Under the pieces are notes generated by a model. The model was not told the DNA's origin and made no database searches. It was given only the letters and a program-made list of their open reading frames with translations. A stretch of DNA of 64,000 nucleotides from Octopus sinensis (lineage: Eukaryota). The stretch spans positions 31,372,001-31,436,000 of the forward strand of contig NC_043004.1 of the NCBI RefSeq assembly GCF_006345805.1, given 5' to 3'. Shown here in pieces: positions 37,886-50,041 of the stretch. A program made the position numbers and the translations under genes. The number at the start of each line of letters is the position of its first letter. Position 1 is the first letter of the stretch.

Positions 37886-38732
37886 ATAATGAATTGTCAT
37901 CATCAACATCATTTTACATCCGGCTTCTATGCTGACATGGGTTGGGTGGATTGAGAGGAGCTGGCAAATGAGAGGACTGTGCCAAGCTCTACTGTCTGTT
38001 TTGGCAAGGTTTTTACAGTAGGATGCCCTTCCTAACATTGACCATAGATAGTTTAACAGGAGCTGGCAAGTTAGAAGACTGTACCAAGCTCTACTGTCTA
38101 CTTTAGCATGATTTCTATAACTGGATACCGTTCCCTATATATGTGTGTGTGTGTATAATATATAGATATATATACATACATACATACATATATATATATT
38201 TGTATAATAGATGACATTATACACTTCTAATATAACTTATGTTTTCGTAGAACAAAGTATACAAGAGCCGTGTATGTGCTATTGTCATTTCCCCTGTCAA
38301 CAAATAGCCTGCTAGTTTTGCACCATTAAAGACAGACAATAAGAAGGACAGGTAAGGGTTAGTGACAGGAAGGGCATTCAACTGCAAAACAATGCCTCAC
38401 TACATTCATCTAACCTGTTGACGCCATGGAAAAAATGGGTGTAAAAACAAATGAAAAGAAAAGGAAAATATAATTGTTCTATGTTCCTCTTTCTCTGTGA
38501 TTTACTCCAATATTTTAATGGAAACATATAGTTTTCATTAAAACTTTACAATTCCCATATGTGTGTGTGTGACTCACTTTAGAAGCTTAGGATTAGACGT
38601 TTGGTCCCATTGTGTGGACACAGTCAGCTGGTATCTTCTACAATAGCTGCAGGTTGACCAATACCTTGTGTGTGAAGTTATTTAATGGAAACTGATGAAG
38701 CTTGTCACGTGTGTCTGTGTGAGTGAGTTCAT

Positions 38733-39095
38733 CATCATCATTGTTTAACGTCCGCTTTCCATGCTAGCATGGGTTGGACGTATGACTGAGGGCTGGCGAA
38801 CCAGATAGCTGCACCAGGCTTCAATCTTGATCTGGCAGAGTTTCTACAGCTGGATGCCCTTCCTAATGCCAACCACTCTGAGCGTGTAGTGGGTGCTTTT
38901 ACGTGCTATCGGCACGGAGCCAGTCAGGCAGCACTGGCAATGACCTCGCTCAAATCTTTTACACATGCCACCAGCGCGGGTGCCAGTAAGGCGATGCTGG
39001 TAACGATCACGCTCGAATGGTGTTTTTTACGTGCCACCGGCACGGAGGCCAGATAGCCACTCTGGCAACGATCACGCTCGGATGGTGCTCTTAAA
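38733..39095 (-). mobile_element. RTE 3'-tail-derived short element with internal ~63-bp repeats
   Basis: Same tail as 37553 and 23221; repeated ACGTGC(C/T)A.CGGCAC units. Confidence 0.8.
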
Positions 39096-39492
39096 ACCCT
39101 ACTAGCACGGGGCTCGAGTGAATTTGTATTTCCCTTCATCTTGACATGCTTGCACACTGATGTAAACGAAAACCTCATTGATGATACAAATGCTGTTGCT
39201 TGTTTGCATTCCTCTGCACAACCAAGTCCAGGTCATTCGTTTTTCATAGAATGTGGGATTTTATGTTGCAAGGAAACAGGTGAGAGTTGGCATCAGGAAC
39301 AGCATCCAGTTGCAAAAAAATTCTGCCTTGATGTAGTCTCACCTCCCCCCATGTAAGCATGGAAAAGTAGACATTATAACAGGGGTGATGGTGATGATAA
39401 TTTGCTAACCCCTTTCTAAAGCAGAAATATCTATAAGATCAGTCACCAGTTCCAGTGACTGTAACATTAAGTACACGAACGATAAATAGTAA

Positions 39493-39853
39493 GTGCAGGA
39501 GTGGCTGTATGGTAAGTAACTTGCTTACGAACCACATGGTTTCAGGTTCAGTTCCACTGTGTGGTATCTTGGACAAGTCTGTTCTGCTAAAGCCTTAGGC
39601 CGACCAAAGCCTTGTGAATGGATTTGGTAGATGGAAACTGAAAGAAGCCCATCATGTGTGTGTGTGTGTTTGTCCCCCCACCATTGCTTGACAACCGATG
39701 CTGGTGTGTTTACATCCCCATAACTTAGCGGTTTGGCAAAAGAGACCAATAGAATAAATAGTAGGCTTTCAAAGAATAAGTCCTGGAGTCAATTTGTTCG
39801 ACTAAAGGCAGTGCTCCAGCATGGCCACAGTCAGATGACTGAAACAAATAAAA
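39493..39853 (+). mobile_element. Full-length SINE family A
   Basis: Colinear with 27350-27740. Confidence 0.88.
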
Positions 39854-40084
39854 GAACGAACACCTTTGCAGAAAGATCAGTCATCAGTTCCAATGACTAA
39901 CATTATGTACATGACATATAATATTTTACTACCACCTGAATAAGGTCCTATGCTCTTGTAAGTTATTTTCCCTGTGGGGAAAAACTGAATGTATCACTGA
40001 CAGTCAATAACTTTATTAGCATCTGCAGTACCTACTTAGAAAGTGCTTCTATGTAGTCATTTGACTTGCTAGAATTAGCAACTA

Positions 40085-41100
40085 AATTTCCTTTAAATCA
40101 CTAGGAGTATAGAGTTGTAGATTTTAGGGATGAGAGTGTAATTCCCCTATAGTTCTGAGATGAGTGAAAATTGCCTTTTGAAAGTTGAATGATTGAAGTC
40201 TGCCAGAAGGCTGTTGGTTTGTTTCCTTTAACAGTCTCATGACAGAAATCTAACTGATGTTTGTGGAAGAGTGGGCTCTTCCAAATAATGGCTGGAATGT
40301 TATCTGGATTTTGTGTCATGTCTTGTTTCTTTACTTTTTTTAGGCATTTTTTAGTCTCTTCTATTGTAAATGGGTGAATCTGGATTGGCAGACTATCTGC
40401 TACTTTGTGGTTGAAGAAAAGATTGTCTTCAGTTTTGTGTTGCATAACTTGGTATTACCAGCTGTAAAGTACTGAAACAAGGCATTTAGCATCTAGATTC
40501 AAGGCAGTGGTTTCGCCTACACTATAAGTCACTGGGAAAGCAATCCTTAATAGAATTGCCCCTCATATTGATCCCAACCTCAGTTGGAATCAAAACAGCT
40601 TCTACAAAGACAGATGATTACTGCCACAAATCTTTGCCCTTAAAGAAAAGCTCAGAATCTACCAGTAAGAGGCATTGATTATATTTGTGGATTTAATGTC
40701 AACTAAAGGTCCAAGTTACATATCCTATTTGAACTTAATATCCAATATGAGATTACTATCATGTATGAAAACCCATCAAACCTTGTGCAAAGCACAGACA
40801 GACCAAATAAAGAGTTTCCAACAACAATAGTCTTCTGTGAGACACCTTAACTCCTTTTTATTTCATGATTGTGGTGGATTACTTCATTAGGTGGAGTCTT
40901 GACACTATCCATGACAAAGCCCTTACTATGAATCATAAGCAAAGCCTGTATCTCTCTGACCGTGGCTATGCTAATGATCTTGCTCTCTCACAGCTCATCA
41001 ACTGAGTCATACACAACACTTGTGAACATCTCTTGAGAATGCTGCAACCAAAGTTGGTCTGTTCCTCAATGCAAAAAAAAAGTCTGAATACATTACCATC
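40085..41100. mobile_element. RTE/RTE-X-like LINE RT fragment with inverted 5' part
   Basis: Minus 40101-40445 ends QNYRGITLSS. Plus from ~40537 continues KAILNRIAPHIDPNLSWNQNSF, IIFVD, DTLTPFYFMIVVDY, YANDLAL and KVGLFLNAKKSEY. Confidence 0.82.
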
Positions 41101-41222
41101 AACATATTAGTTTTGTCCTACCTGTGTAGCTAGAGTTGGTAATATATTGGGGGGGTTACTTCAAATCAATATACTTCTCCCTTGTTTTTCATTGTTAAAA
41201 CAAAAGCACTTTTCTTTTTCAG

Positions 41223-41258
41223 CTAATGTTTATACTGACTCTGGTAGCAGCATTTGCT
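41223..41258 (+). CDS. SFT2D2: SFT2 exon (36 nt): LMFILTLVAAFA
   Basis: TTTTCTTTTTCAG acceptor, GTAAGT donor; fills the missing transmembrane segment in frame. Confidence 0.93.
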
Positions 41259-41538
41259 GTAAGTAACAGATTTTTAAAATTGTTTTGTCTTCTTTTTACA
41301 ATGACTTGTGTTGATAGATTTTCTTACATAATCAGCTAGAAATCTAAACATACTGTCTAGGCCTAATATGTATGTGTATCTGTAAGTGCATGTCTATGGA
41401 TAAATGAATTATCTTGTTACGGATTATTCAAATTATAACCGATACCTGGGTAGCAAAAATCACAACAGAAAAATCACGGTTGAGGTTACGACCATGGGGT
41501 ATCGCAACCGTGCCTTAGTGCGGATAATTGAAGTTTTA

Positions 41539-41810
41539 TATATTTAGTGAGGGAAGAAATGGAGCTGAACAAAGATTTTACAAAATTCCTTTTTATTATT
41601 TTCTACATGGGCTCCTAGGGAGCGTTTGTTCGAAAAGCTTGCTGCGCATTTGTTTGGAGATTTAAGTTCCTGGATTTTCCTGAAGAGAAGGCTGCAAAAT
41701 GGTCTCCTTATTCAATCCGAAGTAGGGAATTTGCAGCCTTTGAAACATGTGTAGAAAATAATAAAAAGGAATTTTGTAAAATCTTCATTCAGCTCCATTT
41801 CTTCCCTCAC

Positions 41811-41818
<8 letters not shown>
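41539..41818. repeat. 69-bp inverted repeat (41539-41607 and 41750-41818) around a 142-bp spacer containing a hammerhead
   Basis: Arms are reverse complements with two mismatches. Confidence 0.9.
41674..41759 (+). ncRNA. Type I hammerhead ribozyme candidate with a canonical core
   Basis: Stem I ATTTTC/GAAAAT; core CTGAAGA (41680-41686); 12-bp stem II GAAGGCTGCAAA/TTTGCAGCCTTT; GAAA (41742); stem III AC-ATGT-GT; GUA cleavage predicted after 41753. Confidence 0.75.
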
Positions 41819-41854
<36 letters not shown>

Positions 41855-41855
<1 letters not shown>

Positions 41856-42045
41856 CCGCGTGTGTACCGTTGGCGATTTTTTTTCCTCTGTCTTCCCTTC
41901 TCTGGATCTTTCCATCTATGTTTCCGACGAAGAGCTCCGCTTGAAACGTTAAACCCTCCTTCCTTCCTGAGTGTTCAATAATACTATATTTGTTCCACGT
42001 CCTCACGTTGTTGTGTTTTTTTGTGCTTTCTTGTTTGGATTAACT
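41855..42045 (+). mobile_element. Penelope-like terminal repeat
   Basis: Homolog of 37060-37262, flanked by TA arrays. Confidence 0.75.
41920..41954 (+). ncRNA. Minimal type I hammerhead-like motif (U4C core, extra A after A9)
   Basis: GTTT CCGACGA A GAGC-TCC-GCTT GAAAC GT T AAAC: stem I GTTT/AAAC, palindromic ACGT stem III. Confidence 0.55.
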
Positions 42046-42354
42046 ATATATATATATATATATGTATACACACACACACACACACAATTGGCTTCCTACA
42101 GTTTCTTTTTACTACTCACACAGCATTGGTCAGCCAGGGGCTACAATAGAAGATGCCTGCCTACATTGCTATGTAGTGGGACTGAACCCAAAACCATATG
42201 GTGGCATAGCAAACTTCTTTATACATACATGCATCCACCTATATGTGTGTGTGTGTATATAAATGGATTTGCTACTTGTTTCTTCGGGATTGGTCAAATG
42301 ATCTGATGAAACTGCAATAAGGGTTGAAAATCGAGCAGTTTTTTCAGTCTGCAG

Positions 42355-43138
42355 AGAAACAGGTAAAATTTGACAGTTTGCATAAAAGGAAAATAAAATA
42401 AAATATCCCATGCAAAAGTAAAAGTATTTTAAAAAATCAAAAAATATTAACTAGATTATGGCTGGGAGATAACAGTTTACTCCAAGTAGCCACCCTCAGC
42501 TCTCACCATAGCCTCAAGACTACTCCAGAACCTGGTACATGTGTGCTTCACTGTGTTCTGGGAAGATCTTCAAACACCTCCTTGATCTTGGCCACCAGCT
42601 CAACCACACCCTACCCATAGTAATCCATGGATTTACAATTGGGATAATTAAGAGGCCAGAAATTCTCCAATAACCACTTCTGACTCTTTTGTCAGTATGG
42701 CTAGGAGCCAAATCCTGCTGGCACACATATGGCCTTCTAACAGCAACGCTCAACAACCAGGGTTTGACCACAGTCTGCAGCAGCTTCACGTAGCCATATG
42801 AATTGACCCGAAGGTCTTGTCCAAAGATGTAGAGATGCAGTCAACACTTGCTGTGTCCCTTCCTGCTGGCCACAGCTTCATAGTCTCTGTTGCAGCTTTA
42901 CAGTGTTCACAGAGCATTGAGCAACAGTCATGATGTTGGCATTTTGTTACCCAGCACAAATCATCATGACACAGGTAACTCTTTTCCAGTATTAAGATAG
43001 CTTCCAGTCTTCCATGTCAGCTACTGTTTTCTCAACTACAACTTTAATCTTTATGCTCTCAAACACTTCGACTGTTCACCAGTACAACAAGTATTGGTGA
43101 ACATAAAATATTATCAAATTTAGCCTGAACACCCTGTA
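42355..43138 (-). mobile_element. Internally deleted Tc1/mariner (maT/DD37D-like) element
   Basis: Minus: YVKLLQTVVKPW...RPYVCQQDLAPSHT. Terminus TACAGGGTGTTCAGGCTAAATTT at ~43139; second copy at 52440-52800. Confidence 0.75.
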
Positions 43139-45573
43139 GTTTTACATCCATATATATGTATATATACTTACAATATGTGTGTGTATGCATATTTATGTAT
43201 GTAATAGTTGTAAAGAAGTTTGCTATATAACGACATGATTTTTGGTTCATTCCTGCTGTGTGTCAGTGGGAGCAGGTATCTTCTATTATAGCTTCAAGTT
43301 GACAAATACCTTGTGAGTAAAATTGGTTGATGGAAACTGAAAGAAGCTCATCATATATGTATGTGTGTGCCTTTGTCTAGACATTACATAATAGTTGTAA
43401 ATGAGCATCATCATACAACCAAGGTGGTTCGTTTCCAGTCTTCCATGCTATGGGAAAAACAGTACCTCGCTTGGAAATGGATGAGGGTTGTAGAAAATCT
43501 GCCTCAACAAATTCCATCTGACCCATGCTTACATAGATCAGAAATGAGCATTAAATGATGATGTATGTGCATCTGTAGTATGTTTCTATAATAAACATAT
43601 TCAGTGTTAACATATAACTGTTAGCACCCAAATATCAATGAAACATGTATACAAGTGCAAACAAAATTAATTACTATACTGTAGAAGAGATGAGATCAAA
43701 AAATCTAGTCTTTATAATCCAAACACAGTCCTTGTGAAGCAAGCAAGAGTTCACAAATGAAAGAAAAAGCTTAACCTGTACTTTGTACAATGACTTCTAA
43801 CACATTACCGTATAATATTACACATACCGTAAGTCAATCAGTATCTTTATCTCTTGTAACTGTAAAATTATACCTGATAACCTGTTTTTTCTTGTAAAAT
43901 AACTGATGTCATTAGTGTCTACACTGCAGCTGCTGACACATTTAATGTACTTTTGTGTAGGTAACTGACAGTTTTTTTTGTATTTTAAATGAATTTCTTA
44001 AATTTTAAAAGCCAAGACTGTGCTGGTTCTTGGTATTTCTAAACAGCATCAATCCATTGATCATTAGGACAGTTGTTAAATGATTATTGAAACATCATAA
44101 ACTTCCAATGCTAAGTACCAGGTTCCAACATCTTTGTAACCTTTGGAACATACTACCCACTCAACACTCTTACTGTCAGGTATAAAATTTGGGGCCTGCA
44201 ACAATTGATGTTATCTCAATAAAAAATAGGTTCAAATAGATTGTAGAGATGACAGAGCAGAGGTAGGTGCATATGTGTGTGTATATGTATTGTATATATA
44301 TACATATATATATATGGTTGCTAATATGTTATAATGTCATATGTCCAAATTAGGCCAAAGGCGTTTTTTTTGTTTTTGTTTTTTTCAGTATTTATTTTTG
44401 CTTGCAATAGTCTGTTCTTTTGGTCAAACTATCGTATCTCCAGCTGCTTCAGATACCAAGATATCAAAAATTGTCAAAGTGTAGTACAACAACAGTTTTG
44501 CTATGGGATGGTGGAATCATGATGTTAGAAGTCCATACAGAATAATAACACACTTACACTTAGTGACATTGTAAAGAGATTGAAAATGCAAAGAGCAGGA
44601 CATGTGTGAGTTCAGGGAAGTACCAGCTGAAGCATTTCAAAGGAGATAGAGACTCTTAAAATAGAGGACAATTAGAAGTTTCTTTGAGACACCTTCATTG
44701 TTGTATTAAGAGAATGCACGGGTCTAACCAAGAGAGATACCTCCATTGAGGGTTCTGCCATTCACATTGACAATTGTTGTGTTTCAAGTGCAATTTAGGA
44801 TATGAAGACAAGGAAGGTACCTTGTCTTCCATTGGGAATCACCAGGGATGCTTAAAATGTTTGGAAGGCTCTCAAGAACATCCACTTCTATTGGTAATTA
44901 GGTCACCTATTTAGTTGACCTAAATTATCAGTAGAGATGAGTGTTCTAAAAGCATATTAACCAGAATAAGAATATAGTGGAGAAAGTTCAGGAAGCTATT
45001 ACTTCTTTGCCTGGAAAGGGTTTCTCCCACAGAATGAAAAGCATTTTGTATGATGCTTGTGTATGAAGGGCAATGCTGCATGGTAGTAAGATGTGGGCCT
45101 TGGTCAAATGCAGCAGAGTATTTGTGAAGACTTCAAGTCAGTGAAGTAAGCATGTTTTACTGGATGTCTATGTTAGTGTGTATGAAGTGTGGGGTATGAA
45201 TGGGCTGACAGAAAAATTAGATGTAAGAGGAATCAGATGTAATGTGCAGGAGAGGTTACTGCACAGTTGGGGGTATGTGATGTGTAGGGGGGATGTTTCT
45301 GAATAAAAAATTGCTGAGTGGTCAGAGGGGAATCTATAGAATCTGTATATTTTTCACATGTTTTCGGTCATTCGACTGCAGACATGCTGGAGCACTGCCT
45401 TAGACCTCATTAGTTGAACAAATTGACCCCAGTACCTTTTCTAAGCATGATACCTCTTCTGTTGGTCTCTTTTGTCAGTCTGTTAAGTTACAGAGACATA
45501 AATCAATACAAGTGGTGAAGTGGTGGTGGAGGATAAACACAAACTCCACACTGAAAATTTTTTTTTTTTAAAT

Positions 45574-46115
45574 GCTTTGTCAGACCGTACTGTTCGTGCG
45601 AATGATATAATTAGAATTAAGGTTACCTGTTAAGATACATTATGACGCTATATATAATATTTTAAGATGAATCCAAAATATGAAGTGTGACTAGATTAAA
45701 ATCCTATAGGCTAATTATTTTGAGGGAAGAATCTAAAAGTTGAAAGATATTTATGTCTAAAAGTAATTATGACCTCCAATATCTTATTAAGTAAGCTTTT
45801 TTTTTTTTTGTTGGCACGGAGTATGTGGATTGCCTCCTTCATGCATAAATTGCAATTTTTAGTGTGTGTATTATATGGTGTGGTTTCCATTATGATAGAC
45901 CAATCTAGACAGAATTCTTTATCACGCATTTTTAATTTATCGATGTGGGTAGCTAGTGTGGTTTAAATTTTTGTTTCATGATTGATAAATGAATTTGTGT
46001 GTGCTCTATATCTAATCTTAATCTAATCACCCTTCATATTTGGGATTCATTTTAGAGTAATTATTATATATAGTGTCATAATGTATCTTAACATGTAACT
46101 TCAAATCTAATTATA
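45574..46115 (-). mobile_element. Penelope-like element 3' fragment: GIY-YIG C-terminus between ~97-bp inverted arms
   Basis: Minus ORF 45711-45929: LDWSII..TTPYNTHTKNCNLCMKEAIHIL...LLNK..EVI...RHK. Arms 45606-45702 and 46015-46115; a CTGACAAAGC core remnant at 45583-45574. Confidence 0.82.
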
Positions 46116-48378
46116 CCATCCACATGAACAGGATGGTCCAACAAAGCATTCATTTTTTTTTTAAATTCTGAAATCTTTCATGTCTTTTAAAATTTTAACA
46201 ACTCTTTGAATCTTTTAACTCTGATGAGAGAAATATAGATAATTGCTGTAGTTGGAGTTAGCTCGCCTATACCAACCTATATCTTCCCAAAACAGCTGTC
46301 AGACTTCAGGATTCCTCTTAAATCATTTTATACTAACTTTCTCATTTCCCCCACCTTATTGATTCTAATAAAGACATTCAACCTTGCAAGTATATCTATA
46401 TATTTATGTTTATTAATTTTTATATATTTATGAATTTTTACCATATCTTATATATGTGAATGTATCTATGTATATTGTGGAGAATTCCAACAATTTGAAA
46501 TGGATTGAATGAATATTGAAATTTGTTTCTCTCTTTCTTAATTTTATAAATATGTAGATATACACACACATATATATATATATATACACACACATATATA
46601 CATAGTGCAGGAGAAGACCCAGCCTCCTATACATCATGGTAAAAAAATACGCTAATACAGAGTGATGAGAGCTGGGATACATAAGCCCTTAGCACATTTT
46701 GTCTTACCTAGTCTCATTATGCTGCCCCTCTTGTTTATTTGATACCCTCTCTTCTATACCATTCATGTTAGAGTGGGAAACTTTAAATCTGTCCATATTC
46801 AGTACTTCCCACCACCACTACCATCAGTATCTGTTTCCTTTCCCCCTCCAAACTGTAAACTGACACTACTGTCTCTCTTTAAGTACACCTTCAAATTATC
46901 CCATCTCTCCTTCCTCTTCTATGCAGTCACTCCAATCTCTGTTTCCTTCCTCATATTCTTTCTTCTTTCAGTCTCTCTCATCTTAGTTCATCTTATGCAG
47001 TTGTCCTCTCTTCTGTTGGTCATTTGAGATTTAAATCGACCTCATTACTTCTAGTACTTGGTAAAATATTTCCAGTGCTCTCTGTAAAGGGGTGATGTTA
47101 AGAAGAGTATACAGTAATAGGAATCGTATCAAAACAGTACATGAACGAGATGTGATCACCAAACTGTTTATGAAGGAAGTACAGATAGTGATGACTCATC
47201 CAACACAGGTCAATGATGATACTTGGTGTGTTTTTGTACCAGTATGGCTGTGGCTAAAAAGCTTGCCTCACAACCACGTGGTTTCAGGTTCAGTGCTACT
47301 GCATGGTACCTTGGGTGTTCTCTGGTGTAGCCTTGAGCTACCCAATGGCTTGTGAGTAGGTCTTTTTGATGAGAGAAACTGCAGGAAGCTTGTGATATAT
47401 GTCTATGTATGTGGACATGAAAATGTGAGGGGAATGTTCATATTCTATAATACAGTTTGAACACAATGATGATGTTGACATTACAACCAATTGCTCTCTG
47501 GAATGATTATTCTGGACTTGAAAAGTAGGTAAATGTTAGCAACATCTAGAGCTTTCATTCATAAAATGATGCTTGGAAAAAAAAGGACAGGCAAATGTAT
47601 GCACATATGCATGTATTTATATTTGTGTGTGTTTTATTGTAACTGAAAGGTTCAGTACCTCCCAATGACCAAAGTAGCAAGAAAGGCAAAAAATAAGGAG
47701 ACTTACCTTGAGACAAAATCAGAACAGAGTTTATAGCTTTGCTTCACAAGGATTAACAGAACTCTTGTCCTCTAAGTTGCTCACTGGCGTGTCTTTTTCT
47801 CATGTGATAAAACTTTTATACAATTTAGTTTCTACCAAATAAGTAAGATATATTTTCATCAAAGTTGTTTGTTTAGTTCTGTGGCTTTTACAAATATTTC
47901 AAGAATGTATTCCTCCCAGTGTTTCCATTAGAGAGTTCTTAAATTCATATTGGAAATAGCACTAAGTAAAAAATATCTTTACAGATCTACAGAAGCAGGA
48001 GATTATTCAACATGCCAGAAGTAGCAATAAACTCTCTCTCAAATCACATCTTATTTTGTTGAAAAGCTATGAACAATGCAGTCCTAGCCTTAGATACATA
48101 AAAGATGTGATGTCCCACCTTCCATGCCTTTGGCTTGCTCTATCTATGCTAAACAACTGAAGAACAGAAAATATAATGAACTCAAATATAGAAACACTAT
48201 TTCTGTTTATGTTTTACATTTTGTGACATTTTGGTCAATATTATCAAAGATTGTATTAAAAAAAAAGTAATAAAATTTGAATAGTTTCCAATTTTAAAAG
48301 AGTCATTAACTATGATAGAACATATATTCCTTGTACAAAAAAATTCCAAATATTTATTATCCACAATTGTCTTTGTAG

Positions 48379-48498
<120 letters not shown>

Positions 48499-48534
48499 TA
48501 AAATTTGTATTTATATGAAAGTATAAAAAAAAAA

Positions 48535-48770
48535 TGGCTTCATGTTTTGGCACAAGGCCAACAATTTCAAGGAAGGAACAAAGTCGATTAAATTGACCCC
48601 AATGCTCAACTGATACTTAATTTATCAAGCCCGAAAGGATGAAAGGCGAATTCAACCTTAGTGGAATTTGAACATTATTTTCAAATTCCACTAAGGTTGA
48701 ATTCGCCAGACAAAATGCCGCTAAGCATTTTGTTCAGTGTGCTATCAGTTCTGCCTGCTGGTCACCCTAA
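48535..48770 (-). mobile_element. SINE family B copy containing a perfect 28-bp inverted duplication (48645-48707)
   Basis: GGCGAATTCAACCTTAGTGGAATTTGAA-cattatt-TTCAAATTCCACTAAGGTTGAATTCGCC. Confidence 0.85.
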
Positions 48771-49665
48771 GTTCAAGAATAATAATAGAACCTCTCCTGA
48801 TGGGGTGACTCTATACTGAGAGTAGTCAAATTGTAAAACTCCTGTTGATCGGGGCTTTCTGTTTCACCCAATGTCTTATTCAGTTAGATTGGTTGAATAA
48901 GCCATCAAAACATGAATTTTCCACTAAATTGATGAGTCTCATTAAAAGACTACCACATAAGCATACATAGTATAAAAAACTAGCAATGGTCTATGATTAG
49001 CATGGTTCAAGTGTTCCTGATGATTTAGATAAACATTGCTTTAAATTAATTTAATTAGGTATCTTAATTATGAGATTAATGATTATTCTTACTGAACTAG
49101 CTATTGAAAGTAATTAAATTATGAACAATCTGAAATTTAAGCTTTCCTGTATTTTATTGTAAATCTACATCACTCTTACGGATCATTTTAACTTTATATA
49201 TACATGCAATCCTTTTTCATTTGGATTTTAACCTATTGAGCTCTTAATTACTATGGATATATTTTTTTTATGTTTTATATATCATCTCTTGTGTATAATG
49301 TCTTTTATATATGTGTGTGTGTATATATATAATGTCTTATATATACATACATACACACATAATGTCTTGTTACTATATTAGATGTATTAGTTCGTTGTTT
49401 TCTGTTTCATCCCTAATTTCTTCTCCTTTTTTTTAATGCCCATCACTTCAGTGAAATTCTCAATCACTATCACAACCAGTAGTAGTACTATATCAGTTAA
49501 AGTTCTTCACCTTTAAAGGTGCCAAAGCTAGTTGGAGCCTGGTCTCCAAAGCTGATGTTTATTTGTACTTTTCTGTTAATTTTTGTTTCATGTTCCAATC
49601 TGATTTTCACCACACACTTTCTCGCTTATATATGTCTTAATGTGCATACATTCTTTATCATACAG

Positions 49666-49705
49666 AGATGCTGTGAAAAAATGCTTTGCATCATGTATTG
49701 AATGA
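49666..49705 (+). CDS. SFT2D2: SFT2 last coding exon (40 nt): DAVKKCFASCIE*
   Basis: TTCTTTATCATACAG acceptor; ARDAVKKCF C-terminal motif; TGA at 49703-49705. Confidence 0.96.
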
Positions 49706-50041
49706 AGTGTCCAGGCAACCGTCAGCTTTCTCACTAATACCTTCACATCATGGAACAAGTCTCTATAAATGTATCATTTGCTGAACTGTATAACTGACAT
49801 TTGATATAAAGGCATGACTGTCATATGATGTCAATATAGTTTCCATATTTTTTTAAATGCTATGTTATATTTGAAACTTCTCAATCAAATTATTCCAAAT
49901 AGATCAATGAATATATTTATTTGTACATCCTAGTTACAAACATTTGAAAACTATCAACTCTAAAATGAAAAGCAATTATTATTATTAAAAATAAACATTA
50001 AACTGAATATTTTCTATATCTTGGGTTTTTTTTTAATTTTG

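Noticed and set aside
42302-42345. CTGATGA followed by an AACTGC/GCAGTT stem
   Set aside because: No GAAA after stem II; lies at a DNA-transposon end.
46475-46505. TTGTGGA GAATT-CCAAC-AATTT GAAAT, a possible further hammerhead relic
   Set aside because: C3 is mutated and stems I and III cannot be built; too degenerate to call.
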